Below are positions 49,166 through 58,101 of a DNA stretch of 64,000 nucleotides, one piece after another. The notes under the pieces are model-generated. The model was not told the DNA's origin, made no database searches, and saw only the letters and a list, made by a program, of their open reading frames with translations. Each line of letters begins with the position of its first letter. The stretch's first letter is position 1. This DNA is from an uncultured Aminicenantes bacterium (lineage in GTDB: Bacteria > Acidobacteriota > Aminicenantia > UBA2199): contig CBDAFS010000031.1 of NCBI GenBank assembly GCA_965195285.1, positions 1 through 64,000 on the forward strand, read 5' to 3'. A program made the translations under genes and the position numbers.

Positions 49166-50404
49166 ATGGCTTTACATTATTCTTTTTTAAGTGAAAAAGA
49201 CAGGCAACAGATGGATGCCCTGAAGGAATCGTATGGGGGTGCATCCGAGATTATGAAAACCATAGAAAATCTGAGGGAATATCCGAAGCGAAAACAAATT
49301 GCCGAAGAAAAGGGATTTGGAGAAATGCTGGAACAGGCTGAGAACTATGCCAAATCCTTTCCCAAAGTTGAGGATTTTATTGAGAGGGAAAGCCTTCAAT
49401 TGATCAAGCCCGGGAAGGCAACCACACAGGTGTCCGGGTTTCAGGGTGCTCCCATTACCCTGGGAGCCATGAAGAGAATTGCCGAGGACGGTGAGACCCT
49501 GGTGCCCACGGAGTTCATATCGGTTATGGCCCTGAGCGAAGATTATGTGTTGAATGGCGAGCTGGTGACCACCCTGGCCATGGCCGAAAATATCATGGGT
49601 GCATCCAAGTTTTGCAATACCAATATGGTGGGGACACCGCTCAACAATGAGATCTACAGTAGGCTGGAAAAGGTGACCGGTGAAAAATTTGACACCTGGG
49701 AACCTGCTTCGGGAATGCGAGCCCTGGTGTTGAAAAATATGGGAACCCCCTTTGGTAATCTAGGCGGGGTGGAAGTGGCCAATAACAATCATCTGGTGTA
49801 CCTGGATGGAGTCACCCGGTGTACATTGAACACCGGGGGGGATTTTTACCTGAATCCCAGCTGGTCGACAATTGTGGCTGCCTGCTATTATGCCCGGGAT
49901 ATTCTGAATCTCAATTTTAAGATTTCCATGTTGCTGTCAACCCAGAATGTCATTCAACTTCGTATGCTGTTGAATATCATGAAAGAGTACCTCCGGGATA
50001 ATGGGACGACTCCGATATATGAAATCAATCTGGGTAATGGTCAATCGCCGGAAATGTTTATTCAATGTGCCCGGGACTTAAAGGAATCCGGAATTCCTGG
50101 AGTTTCCCTGGCTGCCCATTTGAGAATCAATCCGGACCTGGGCATTGCTGATTTTGACTGGACTGAGAATGCCCACCGGGTACTGGAATCGGGCACCGAT
50201 ATTACCATCAAATATGAAAGTGACGGAACCTCCAGACCCATGGATACCATGGGAACCTACTTTTTATCAAAAGAGGATCGACTCAAAAATCAGGAACAGA
50301 TCGGAGATGTCATTTATCATAAATGTGTGCGGTGTTCCAATGATGTTAAAGAAATAATGAGAATGGGACATCCGGCAAGTTTTGCCACCATTTCTCATCG
50401 TTGA
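49166..50404 (+). CDS. Uncharacterised soluble protein (412 aa)
   Basis: Long ORF with AAGGAGG RBS, co-oriented in the AOR-aminotransferase-homoserine dehydrogenase run; no family recognised. Confidence 0.8.
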   Translation: MALHYSFLSEKDRQQMDALKESYGGASEIMKTIENLREYPKRKQIAEEKGFGEMLEQAENYAKSFPKVEDFIERESLQLIKPGKATTQVSGFQGAPITLGAMKRIAEDGETLVPTEFISVMALSEDYVLNGELVTTLAMAENIMGASKFCNTNMVGTPLNNEIYSRLEKVTGEKFDTWEPASGMRALVLKNMGTPFGNLGGVEVANNNHLVYLDGVTRCTLNTGGDFYLNPSWSTIVAACYYARDILNLNFKISMLLSTQNVIQLRMLLNIMKEYLRDNGTTPIYEINLGNGQSPEMFIQCARDLKESGIPGVSLAAHLRINPDLGIADFDWTENAHRVLESGTDITIKYESDGTSRPMDTMGTYFLSKEDRLKNQEQIGDVIYHKCVRCSNDVKEIMRMGHPASFATISHR

Positions 50405-50429
50405 ATGACCTTTGAAAAGGAGGATAACC

Positions 50430-51449
50430 ATGATACATAGAATTATCATATTGGGTTTTGGTACGGTCGGGCAGGGTTTGGCTGAAATATTAATGTCAAA
50501 AAGAGATTTCTTGAAGAAGAAATACGGATTTGAATTTGAAGTGGTAGGCATCAGTGACCTGATGTGGGGCACGGTTTACAATCCGGACGGATTGAATCTG
50601 GAGAACCTGCTGGCCTCGGTTCAGTCAGAAACAAAATTTTCGCAGGATGTGAAAGACTGGGATGGTATGACCCTGATCAAGGAATCCAACGCAACTGTTC
50701 TTTGTGAGTTGACTTTTACCAATCTTGAATCCGGAGAGCCGGCCATCTCGCATTGTAAAACCGCTTTTCAAAACGGGAAACATGTGGTAACCAGCAATAA
50801 AGGTCCGGCTGCCCTGGCCTACCGGGAGATGAAATCCCTGGCAGCTGAAAAAGGGGTAGATTTTTTCATTGAAGGTACGGTCATGAGCGGAACCCCGGTG
50901 TTGAATCTTGCCGATGGTCCATTGGCCGGATGTGAGGTGTCCAAAGCCCGGGGTATTCTGAATGGAACCACCAACTACATCCTTACCCAGATGGAAATTG
51001 GTATGAGCTATGATGAGGCACTGAAAAAGGCCCAGGAACTCGGTTATGCCGAGGCTGATCCCGCCGGCGATGTGGAAGGATACGATGCCAGGGGCAAGGT
51101 GACCATCCTGGCCAATGCGGTCATGGATGCCTCATTGCGCATCTCCGATGTCCAATGTCAGGGAATCACCCGTATTTCAGCCGATGACATCGAAAAGGCC
51201 CGGGAAAAGAAATCACGCTGGAAGTTAATCGGTTCTGTGGAAAAGAAGAACGGGACGATTACCGCTTCTGTATCACCGGAAATGGTACCCATGACCCATC
51301 CCCTTGCCGGTATTATGGGGGCCACCAATGCCATTACCTTTTCCACCGATTTAATGGGCGATATCACTGTGGTCGGGGCCGGAGCCGGTAAAATTGAAAC
51401 CGGATATTCGATTTTAACCGATCTTCTGAGAATTCATCGTTCAGCCTGA
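50430..51449 (+). CDS. hom: Homoserine dehydrogenase (short form, no ACT domain)
   Basis: GFGTVG, HVVTSNKGP, EGTVMSGTP, GILNGTTNYIL, GYAEADP..DVEG.D, GAGAG..ET; start at 50430 after AAGGAGG. Confidence 0.92.
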   Translation: MIHRIIILGFGTVGQGLAEILMSKRDFLKKKYGFEFEVVGISDLMWGTVYNPDGLNLENLLASVQSETKFSQDVKDWDGMTLIKESNATVLCELTFTNLESGEPAISHCKTAFQNGKHVVTSNKGPAALAYREMKSLAAEKGVDFFIEGTVMSGTPVLNLADGPLAGCEVSKARGILNGTTNYILTQMEIGMSYDEALKKAQELGYAEADPAGDVEGYDARGKVTILANAVMDASLRISDVQCQGITRISADDIEKAREKKSRWKLIGSVEKKNGTITASVSPEMVPMTHPLAGIMGATNAITFSTDLMGDITVVGAGAGKIETGYSILTDLLRIHRSA

Positions 51450-51451
51450 AA

Positions 51452-51480
51452 TTGACAAACCGGTTCGAATTGCCTATGAT
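51452..51480 (+). promoter_or_regulatory. Sigma70-type promoter for the hybrid kinase
   Basis: TTGACA-17 nt-TATGAT. Confidence 0.65.
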
Positions 51481-51568
51481 ATTCAGGTATAGGTATAGTA
51501 GAGGCAAGTTCGGATCAGAAAGTTGTTCCCAATCAGAATTTCATTACCGGGTTTCAAGAGAATCATAA

Positions 51569-53560
51569 ATGAATAATAGCTCAAAAAAGAGCACACAAAA
51601 ATCCAAAAAGTCAGAGGTTAGCATACTGGAGCTTCAGGCGGAGAACAAGAGGCTCCAAGAGGCCCTGCAGGAAATCACAGATCTGTACCAGGTGCTCCTG
51701 GAGACCTTTCCGGATGCCGTAACCATGAGTGATCTGGAAGGGAAAATTACCCAGGTTTCGCAAAAGACCCTGGAACTGCATGGATTCGATAGCATTGATG
51801 ATATGATTGATAAATATGTGCTGGATTTCATTGATCCCGATGATCATGAGATGGTTACAGAAAAAATGATGAAGGGGCTTGAGAAGGGTTTGGTGAGAAG
51901 CTTGGAATACAAGCTGGTACGAAAAGACGGGAGCCGGTTTCATGGAGAATCGAATGTGGCCCCGGTTAGGGATCCGGAAGGAAATGTCAAAGCCTATATT
52001 GCCACGACCCGGGATGTTAGTAAACGAAAGTCTCTCGAACGATCATTCAAAGACAGTGAAGAGCGGTATCGGCAGTTGATTGAATCCCAGAATGATGGCA
52101 TTTATCTGTTGTTCAACCGTAAATTTGAAATCATCAATAAGAAGTTCAGTGATATGTTTAAGCTGACCCTGGAGGATGTGAATGACCCGGATTTCGATTT
52201 CATTGACCTGGTTTCCCCCAAGAGCCGTTTTTTGGTTGAAGACCGGGTCAAAAAATTAGCTCAGGGAATCAAGCTGGAACCGAAATATGAATTTACCGCC
52301 CTTTCCAGGGATAATAAAGAAATCGAAGTGGAAGCCTCGGTTTCCTATATCAAGTACAAAGACGGTATCGGGGTTCTGGGCATTGTTCGGGACATTTCAG
52401 AACGAAAGCAGCTGGAAAAACAATTGCTTCAGGCCCAGAAACTTGAAGGTATCGGCAGGCTGGCCGGGGGAATTGCTCATGACTTTAACAATATACTCAC
52501 TTCGATAATCGGCTATGTGGGCCTGATCAATATAAAAATTCCGGTTGATGATCCCTGCCGGGATTACGTCAAGCAAATTCTAAAGGCTTCGGATCGGGCC
52601 ACCACCCTGGTCCAGCAACTTTTAGCCTTTAGCCGGAAAGCCATTACCAAGCCCCGGGTAATCAATCTCAATACGGTCATCAAGAACTTTTCCAAAATGT
52701 TGCAGCGAATACTGGGAGAGGATATTGAGTTTGAGTTTATTTCCGGACCGGATATCGACAACATCAAGGCGGATCCGGTTCAAATCGAACAGATTATCAT
52801 GAACCTGGCTGTTAATTCCCGGGATGCCATGCCCCAGGGTGGAAAACTCAGTATTGAGACCCAAAATTGCCTGCTGGATGAGAAATATGTCCACAAGTAT
52901 CCTTATGTAAAAGCGGGCCCCTATGTTTTGTTGATGTTCAGTGATACCGGTTCTGGCATGAATGAGGAAACCCTTTCCAAGATTTTTGAACCTTTCTTTA
53001 CCACCAAGACCAATGGGGAAGGAACCGGGCTTGGGCTCTCTATGGTGTATGGAATTACCAGGCAAAGCGGCGGTCATATTACCTGTTACAGTGAGGTTGA
53101 TCAAGGAACCATCTTCAAGATTTATCTTCCCCTGGTGGATGAACCGGCTGATTATGTTGCCAGCTCCCCGGAGCTGGCGGTGTTTCCAACCGGAACTGAG
53201 AGCATCCTGGTGGTGGAAGATGACATGACGGTTCGTGAAATGATAGTGGATATCCTGACCCAGAGCGGTTATCAGGTTCTGGTGGCCAGCAGCGGAAATG
53301 AAACCCTTTCCATCTGGGAGAGAAAGGCCAATGAGATTGATTTGCTGATTACCGATATGGTCATGCCGGGCATGAGCGGAAGCGAGCTGGCCAAACGCTT
53401 ATCTCAAAAAAAACCCCAGCTGAAAGTGCTTTACATGTCCGGTTATGCACGTCGTGCCATTTCTCAGTATGATATGGAAGGGGAAGATATTGCTTTTATT
53501 CAAAAACCGTTTAATGCAACTGATTTAACCATAAAAATCAGAGAAGTTCTGGATACTTGA
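51569..53560 (+). CDS. Cytoplasmic PAS-PAS hybrid histidine kinase with receiver domain
   Basis: Two PAS/PAC domains, AHDFNN, NLAVNSRDA, DTGSG, FEPFFTTK, GTGLGL, receiver EDD/TDMVMP/KPF. Confidence 0.94.
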   Translation: MNNSSKKSTQKSKKSEVSILELQAENKRLQEALQEITDLYQVLLETFPDAVTMSDLEGKITQVSQKTLELHGFDSIDDMIDKYVLDFIDPDDHEMVTEKMMKGLEKGLVRSLEYKLVRKDGSRFHGESNVAPVRDPEGNVKAYIATTRDVSKRKSLERSFKDSEERYRQLIESQNDGIYLLFNRKFEIINKKFSDMFKLTLEDVNDPDFDFIDLVSPKSRFLVEDRVKKLAQGIKLEPKYEFTALSRDNKEIEVEASVSYIKYKDGIGVLGIVRDISERKQLEKQLLQAQKLEGIGRLAGGIAHDFNNILTSIIGYVGLINIKIPVDDPCRDYVKQILKASDRATTLVQQLLAFSRKAITKPRVINLNTVIKNFSKMLQRILGEDIEFEFISGPDIDNIKADPVQIEQIIMNLAVNSRDAMPQGGKLSIETQNCLLDEKYVHKYPYVKAGPYVLLMFSDTGSGMNEETLSKIFEPFFTTKTNGEGTGLGLSMVYGITRQSGGHITCYSEVDQGTIFKIYLPLVDEPADYVASSPELAVFPTGTESILVVEDDMTVREMIVDILTQSGYQVLVASSGNETLSIWERKANEIDLLITDMVMPGMSGSELAKRLSQKKPQLKVLYMSGYARRAISQYDMEGEDIAFIQKPFNATDLTIKIREVLDT

Positions 53561-53578
53561 TTTCAGGTATAGATAAGA

Positions 53579-54826
53579 ATGAAGATTGAATTACCGTATC
53601 ACCGCCATCGTATTTCGATTGAAATACCCGATGGTATTCAAACCGAGATCGTAACTGCCAGAGAACATGCCTCCCGGGTCCAATCTGACCTTTTCCGTCA
53701 GGCACTGGCCAATCCGCTCAATTCGGTTTCGGTCGAAGCGTTCATGAATTCCGGGAAGGAATGTTTATTTATCATCAATGATGCCACCCGGCCCACTCCG
53801 ACTGCAGTTGTGCTGGAATCAGTTTATGACATCATAAGGGATAAGGATATCAAATTCATGATTGCCACCGGAACCCATCGTTCTCCCACCCTGAAGGAAT
53901 TGCAGGATATTATGGGGCGTTTTTATTTGGAATTCAAAGACTGTATTCTCATCCATGATGCCCGGAACGAAGATGAATTGGTAAAGGCGGGTCATTCCCG
54001 GGCCGGGCATGAGATATGGATAAACCGTCATGTTCATCAGGCCCGGAAACTGGTGGTCATCAATTCTGTAGAGCCCCATTATTTTGCCGGATACACCGGA
54101 GGGAGAAAGTCCTTTTTCCCGGGTATTGCCGGATATCATACCATTGAACAGAACCATAGATTCGCCATGAGCCAGGATTCCTGTTCCCTGAAACTGAGGG
54201 GAAATCCGGTTCATGAAGATATGGTTGATTCCCTGCGTTGTCTGGGGGATAAAGATATATTTTCGATTCAGACCGTGCTGGATCTCAAAAACAATATCTT
54301 TGCCGTCACTGCGGGTCATATCCATGATTCTTTTATGGCAGCCGTTAGAGAGGCGGAATCGATTTTTTCCGTAAAAGTCCGGAACCAGTCGGATATTGTG
54401 ATTGCCGTGGTGCTTCCCCCCAAAGATATCAATCTGTATCAGGCTCAGAATTCTCTTGAAAATGCAAAATTAATATTAAAAGACGGAGGGATTCTTATTC
54501 TGGTCTCATCCTGCCGGGAGGGAATAGGTCCTTCGGCATTTTTTGATTTATTGTCCGGATCCAACACCCCTCAGGATGTTCTGAAGACGGTTGAGAGCGG
54601 GTATAAACTCGGATACCACAAAGCGGTCAAGATTGCTCAGACCTTGGCACGGGCTGAAATCTGGGGGGTCACCGAACTGCCGGAATCCCAACTGGAATCT
54701 ATATTCATCCGTTCGTTTCATTCCCTGCAGGAGGCTGTGGGTCAGGCTGTTCAGAGCCAGGGCAGCCGGTCCAGTATGACCGTGTTGATGGATAGTGACC
54801 GGGCGGTTCCGGTGATAGGACCATGA
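53579..54826 (+). CDS. LarA-family nickel-pincer racemase/epimerase
   Basis: NDATRPTP, ATGTHR, HDA, PHYFAGYTGGRKS, NPVHEDM, NLYQA, CREGIG. Confidence 0.88.
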   Translation: MKIELPYHRHRISIEIPDGIQTEIVTAREHASRVQSDLFRQALANPLNSVSVEAFMNSGKECLFIINDATRPTPTAVVLESVYDIIRDKDIKFMIATGTHRSPTLKELQDIMGRFYLEFKDCILIHDARNEDELVKAGHSRAGHEIWINRHVHQARKLVVINSVEPHYFAGYTGGRKSFFPGIAGYHTIEQNHRFAMSQDSCSLKLRGNPVHEDMVDSLRCLGDKDIFSIQTVLDLKNNIFAVTAGHIHDSFMAAVREAESIFSVKVRNQSDIVIAVVLPPKDINLYQAQNSLENAKLILKDGGILILVSSCREGIGPSAFFDLLSGSNTPQDVLKTVESGYKLGYHKAVKIAQTLARAEIWGVTELPESQLESIFIRSFHSLQEAVGQAVQSQGSRSSMTVLMDSDRAVPVIGP

Positions 54827-54990
54827 AAACCGAGAAATCTCCAAACCCTGTCAGCCTGGAATATGATTATGTGATCATCGGATCCGGTTTCGGGGGAAGT
54901 GTATGTGCACTCCGACTCCAAAAATGTCTGCTATTGAGTCCAGAAGTTAAGGGTCAGGTTTTTTTGATCATAACAGGCATAGCTGAATGA
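54823..54990 (+). pseudogene. Truncated GMC/cholesterol-oxidase-like flavoprotein (N-terminal fragment)
   Basis: Not in ORF track. ATG overlaps the larA stop (ATGA); MKTEKSPNPVSLEYDYVIIGSGFGGSVCALRL, then similarity is lost and the frame runs into the lpxH antisense strand and stops after 55 aa. Confidence 0.75.
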
Positions 54991-55659
54991 TCGAATCCAG
55001 TCTCCGCAGTTTATATAAATTTTTTCACCGGTTTCCCGGATCATGGGAATATGGAGGTGTCCCAGAATCACGTAATCAAATCCTTCTTCAAACTTATCCC
55101 GGGCAAACTGGAAATATTCTTCACTCCAGGAGGATTTTTTTTTGGATGGGAAGCTCCGACTGGAAACGGAGATCCATTTGGCCATTTGTATGCCAAAGTC
55201 TGCCGGGACGAACGTTTTGTACAAAAAAATGGATGCCGGGTTGCGAATGATTTTTTTTAAAAACCGGTATCCCCGGTCATTCCTGGCCAAGCCGTCGCCG
55301 TGGGCAACAAAAAAACGTTTGTGGTTCAGGGTGAATTCACTGGACTCCGAATGACAGACCAGCCCAATTTCCTTTTGCAGGTATTCTCCCAGATAGAAAT
55401 CATGGTTGCCCTTGATTAAATTGATTGTGATTCCGGCTTCGGTCATTTTCCTGAAGCGGTGCAAAAATGGGAACCAGTACTTGGGAATCACGTGGTACCA
55501 CTCGAACCAGAAATCAAAAAGATCCCCCAGGATATACAGTTCTCGGGCATCTTTTTCAATATGCTCCAAAAAGGCATGAAGGTTTATCCTTTTCAGTTGT
55601 TCATTTTCACTGTTTTCAAAACCCAGATGAATATCTGAAATAAAGTAAATGTTGTTCAT
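54931..55659 (-). CDS. lpxH: UDP-2,3-diacylglucosamine hydrolase
   Basis: ISDIHLG, LGDLFDFW, GNHD, AHGD, GHLH, NCGDW; follows the kds genes. Confidence 0.85.
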   Translation of the reverse strand: MNNIYFISDIHLGFENSENEQLKRINLHAFLEHIEKDARELYILGDLFDFWFEWYHVIPKYWFPFLHRFRKMTEAGITINLIKGNHDFYLGEYLQKEIGLVCHSESSEFTLNHKRFFVAHGDGLARNDRGYRFLKKIIRNPASIFLYKTFVPADFGIQMAKWISVSSRSFPSKKKSSWSEEYFQFARDKFEEGFDYVILGHLHIPMIRETGEKIYINCGDWIRSFSYACYDQKNLTLNFWTQ

Positions 55660-55696
55660 GGGGATTGTGTGTCGGCTAGGAGCAAGATCGTTGTTT

Positions 55697-56257
55697 TCAA
55701 GAATTTATCTTTTTTAGAATATCATCGGCATTCTTGGAGTTTTTCAATTCAGTGAAAATGGAAGGCCATTTTTCCTGAACATCCAGAATAAAGTCAATCA
55801 CTTCCCTGACTGCTCCTCTTCCGCCGTAGCGCTTGGCAATATAATGGGAAATACGCTTGATTAGAGGATGAGCATCCCCGACTGCTGCGGAAAAACCCAC
55901 CATGCCCATGACTTCTGCATCTCCGATATCATCACCGATGTAGGCCACTTCCTCTTTTTTTAACTGATACTTTTCCAACAATTGATTGAAGGGAATGCAC
56001 TTGTTGGTAGACCCCTCAAAGTAATCATCAATTTGAAGTTCCTCGGCGCGCCTTTTCACTGCTTCTGAGGACTTCCCTGATATGATGGCGGTCTTAATTC
56101 CGGCCAGGCCGGCAAATATGATACCGGTTCCATCCTTGACATCGAAAGATTTGATAACATCTCCGTTGGGAAGCATAAAAAACCGTCCATCCGATAAGGT
56201 TCCGTCAACATCCATGATAATCAATTTCACCTGTTTGGCAAGTTCCTTTTGATCCAT
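55697..56257 (-). CDS. kdsC: KDO 8-phosphate phosphatase
   Basis: DVDGTLSDG, FDVKDG, YIGDD, GGRGAVRE; start at 56257 overlaps the kdsD stop. Confidence 0.92.
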   Translation of the reverse strand: MDQKELAKQVKLIIMDVDGTLSDGRFFMLPNGDVIKSFDVKDGTGIIFAGLAGIKTAIISGKSSEAVKRRAEELQIDDYFEGSTNKCIPFNQLLEKYQLKKEEVAYIGDDIGDAEVMGMVGFSAAVGDAHPLIKRISHYIAKRYGGRGAVREVIDFILDVQEKWPSIFTELKNSKNADDILKKINS

Positions 56258-57216
56258 TATATCATCTCCGTTCTCCATAAGTCATGCAAGTGCAAAAGTC
56301 CCTTGAGATTATTCTGCTCATCCATTACCACCAGTGAAGTGATCAAGTGATCTTCCAATGTTTTCAATGCTTCAACAGCCAGTTGATTTTCTCCGATAGT
56401 CAGTGGGTTTTCGGACATGTTATCCCGGGCAGTGGTTGTGGAGAAATCCACTCCCTTCAACATGAGTCGGCGCAAATCGCCATCGGTGATAATTCCGATT
56501 AACCGGTTTGAATTATCAACCACCAGGGCAACCCCAAAATGTTTTTCATCTATGGTTTTGATCACCGCTTTTATATTGAGGTCTGCTTTAACGATGGGAA
56601 GTTCATGGTCCGAATGCATCAAATGTTTTACTTTCAGTAATTTTTTCCCGATGAAACCACCGGGATGGAAATTCCGAAAATCCTCTTCGTTGAATCCTTT
56701 TTTTTCCATCAGAGCGATCGAAATCGCATCACCGATCGCCAGGGTCAGGGTGGTTGAGGTGGTGGGTACAAAGCCGATGGGACAGGCTTCCTTTTCGATG
56801 CTGCAATCGATAAACACATCACTCTGAAGAGCCAGGGTGGAGGTAGGAGAACCCACCAGGGTAATCAATTTGACTCCGATCCGTTTGATATAATTGATCA
56901 ACCGTATGACTTCAAAGGTCTCTCCGCTGGTGGAGAGGGCCACGACTGCATCGTCATGATGAATGATTCCAATATCACCGTGCAGGGCTTCGGAGGGGTG
57001 TAAGAAGACAGATGGGGTACCGGTTGAGGTGAGGGTGGCGGAAAATTTTCTTCCGATAATTCCGGATTTTCCCATACCGGTAATAACGATTCTTCCCTTG
57101 ACTTTGAACAGGATATTGACAGCTTTTTCAAATTCTTCATCCAGTTTTTGTATGGCTGATTCAATGGCCTTGGCTTCAATTTCCAGAACTTTTCGGCCGG
57201 TTTCAACGATGTTCAT
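56257..57216 (-). CDS. kdsD: Arabinose-5-phosphate isomerase (SIS + CBS)
   Basis: TGMGKSG, HPSEALHGD, PTTSTT, FHPGG, TDGDLRR. Confidence 0.94.
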   Translation of the reverse strand: MNIVETGRKVLEIEAKAIESAIQKLDEEFEKAVNILFKVKGRIVITGMGKSGIIGRKFSATLTSTGTPSVFLHPSEALHGDIGIIHHDDAVVALSTSGETFEVIRLINYIKRIGVKLITLVGSPTSTLALQSDVFIDCSIEKEACPIGFVPTTSTTLTLAIGDAISIALMEKKGFNEEDFRNFHPGGFIGKKLLKVKHLMHSDHELPIVKADLNIKAVIKTIDEKHFGVALVVDNSNRLIGIITDGDLRRLMLKGVDFSTTTARDNMSENPLTIGENQLAVEALKTLEDHLITSLVVMDEQNNLKGLLHLHDLWRTEMI

Positions 57217-58028
57217 TAAATTACATTATATATTTTTTTCAACTGAATTAACAGATCTTTCAAGTTTTTTATGGCCAGCAGGTTTTTACCGTCAGAGAGG
57301 GCCTTATCAGGATCGGGATGAATCTCCATGAAAACACCGTTGGCGCCGGCAACCACTCCCGCTTTGGCCATGATCGGAATAAATTCGGGATCTCCTCCGG
57401 AGACACCTTTTTCCGCGCTCGGTTTCTGGAGCGAATGGGTGGCATCGATGACAACCGGGCAGCCGGTTTGTTTCATGATGGGAATGTTTCTGAAATCCAC
57501 CACCAGATTCCGGTAACCGAAAAAGTTTCCCCGCTCAGTAAGCATGATGCGGCTGTTTCCGGTAGATTGAATTTTTTCGATTACCAGGGTCATGTCTTCT
57601 GCGGACATGAACTGACCTTTTTTTACGTTTATCGGAAGTCCGGTGCTTCCTGCGGCCAGTAACAGGTCGGTTTGCCGGCTCAGGAAAGCCGGAATTTGAA
57701 TAATGGATAATACTTCTGAAGCCGGTTGAACCTGCCAGACCTCATGGATATCGGATAGAACCGGGATCCGGAATTGTTCCTTGACCCGGGCCAAAATCTG
57801 CAATCCCTTCTCAATTCCCGGACCCCGGAAGGAACCCAGGGAAGACCGATTGGCCTTATCGAATGAAGCCTTGAATATTAGCGGGACTTCGATCTCATCG
57901 GCGATCTTTTTTACCTGCTCGGCGATTCGGAGGGTAATGTCCTGGTTTTCAATGACACAGGGGCCCAGAATAAAAAACAGTCTGTCATTGCTCAATTCCA
58001 GACCTTCGATTTCCCAGTAAGTGCTCAT
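57216..58028 (-). CDS. kdsA: KDO 8-phosphate synthase
   Basis: GPCVIE, KASFDKANRSS, QIPAFLSRQTD, KKGQF, DATHS, ALSDG. Confidence 0.96.
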   Translation of the reverse strand: MSTYWEIEGLELSNDRLFFILGPCVIENQDITLRIAEQVKKIADEIEVPLIFKASFDKANRSSLGSFRGPGIEKGLQILARVKEQFRIPVLSDIHEVWQVQPASEVLSIIQIPAFLSRQTDLLLAAGSTGLPINVKKGQFMSAEDMTLVIEKIQSTGNSRIMLTERGNFFGYRNLVVDFRNIPIMKQTGCPVVIDATHSLQKPSAEKGVSGGDPEFIPIMAKAGVVAGANGVFMEIHPDPDKALSDGKNLLAIKNLKDLLIQLKKIYNVI

Positions 58029-58101
58029 TTCAGAATTTTATCAAGTATCTTTCAAAAGTGCAAATATAAATTTACCCATTCTGTACTGGCCGAATGACCG
58101 C

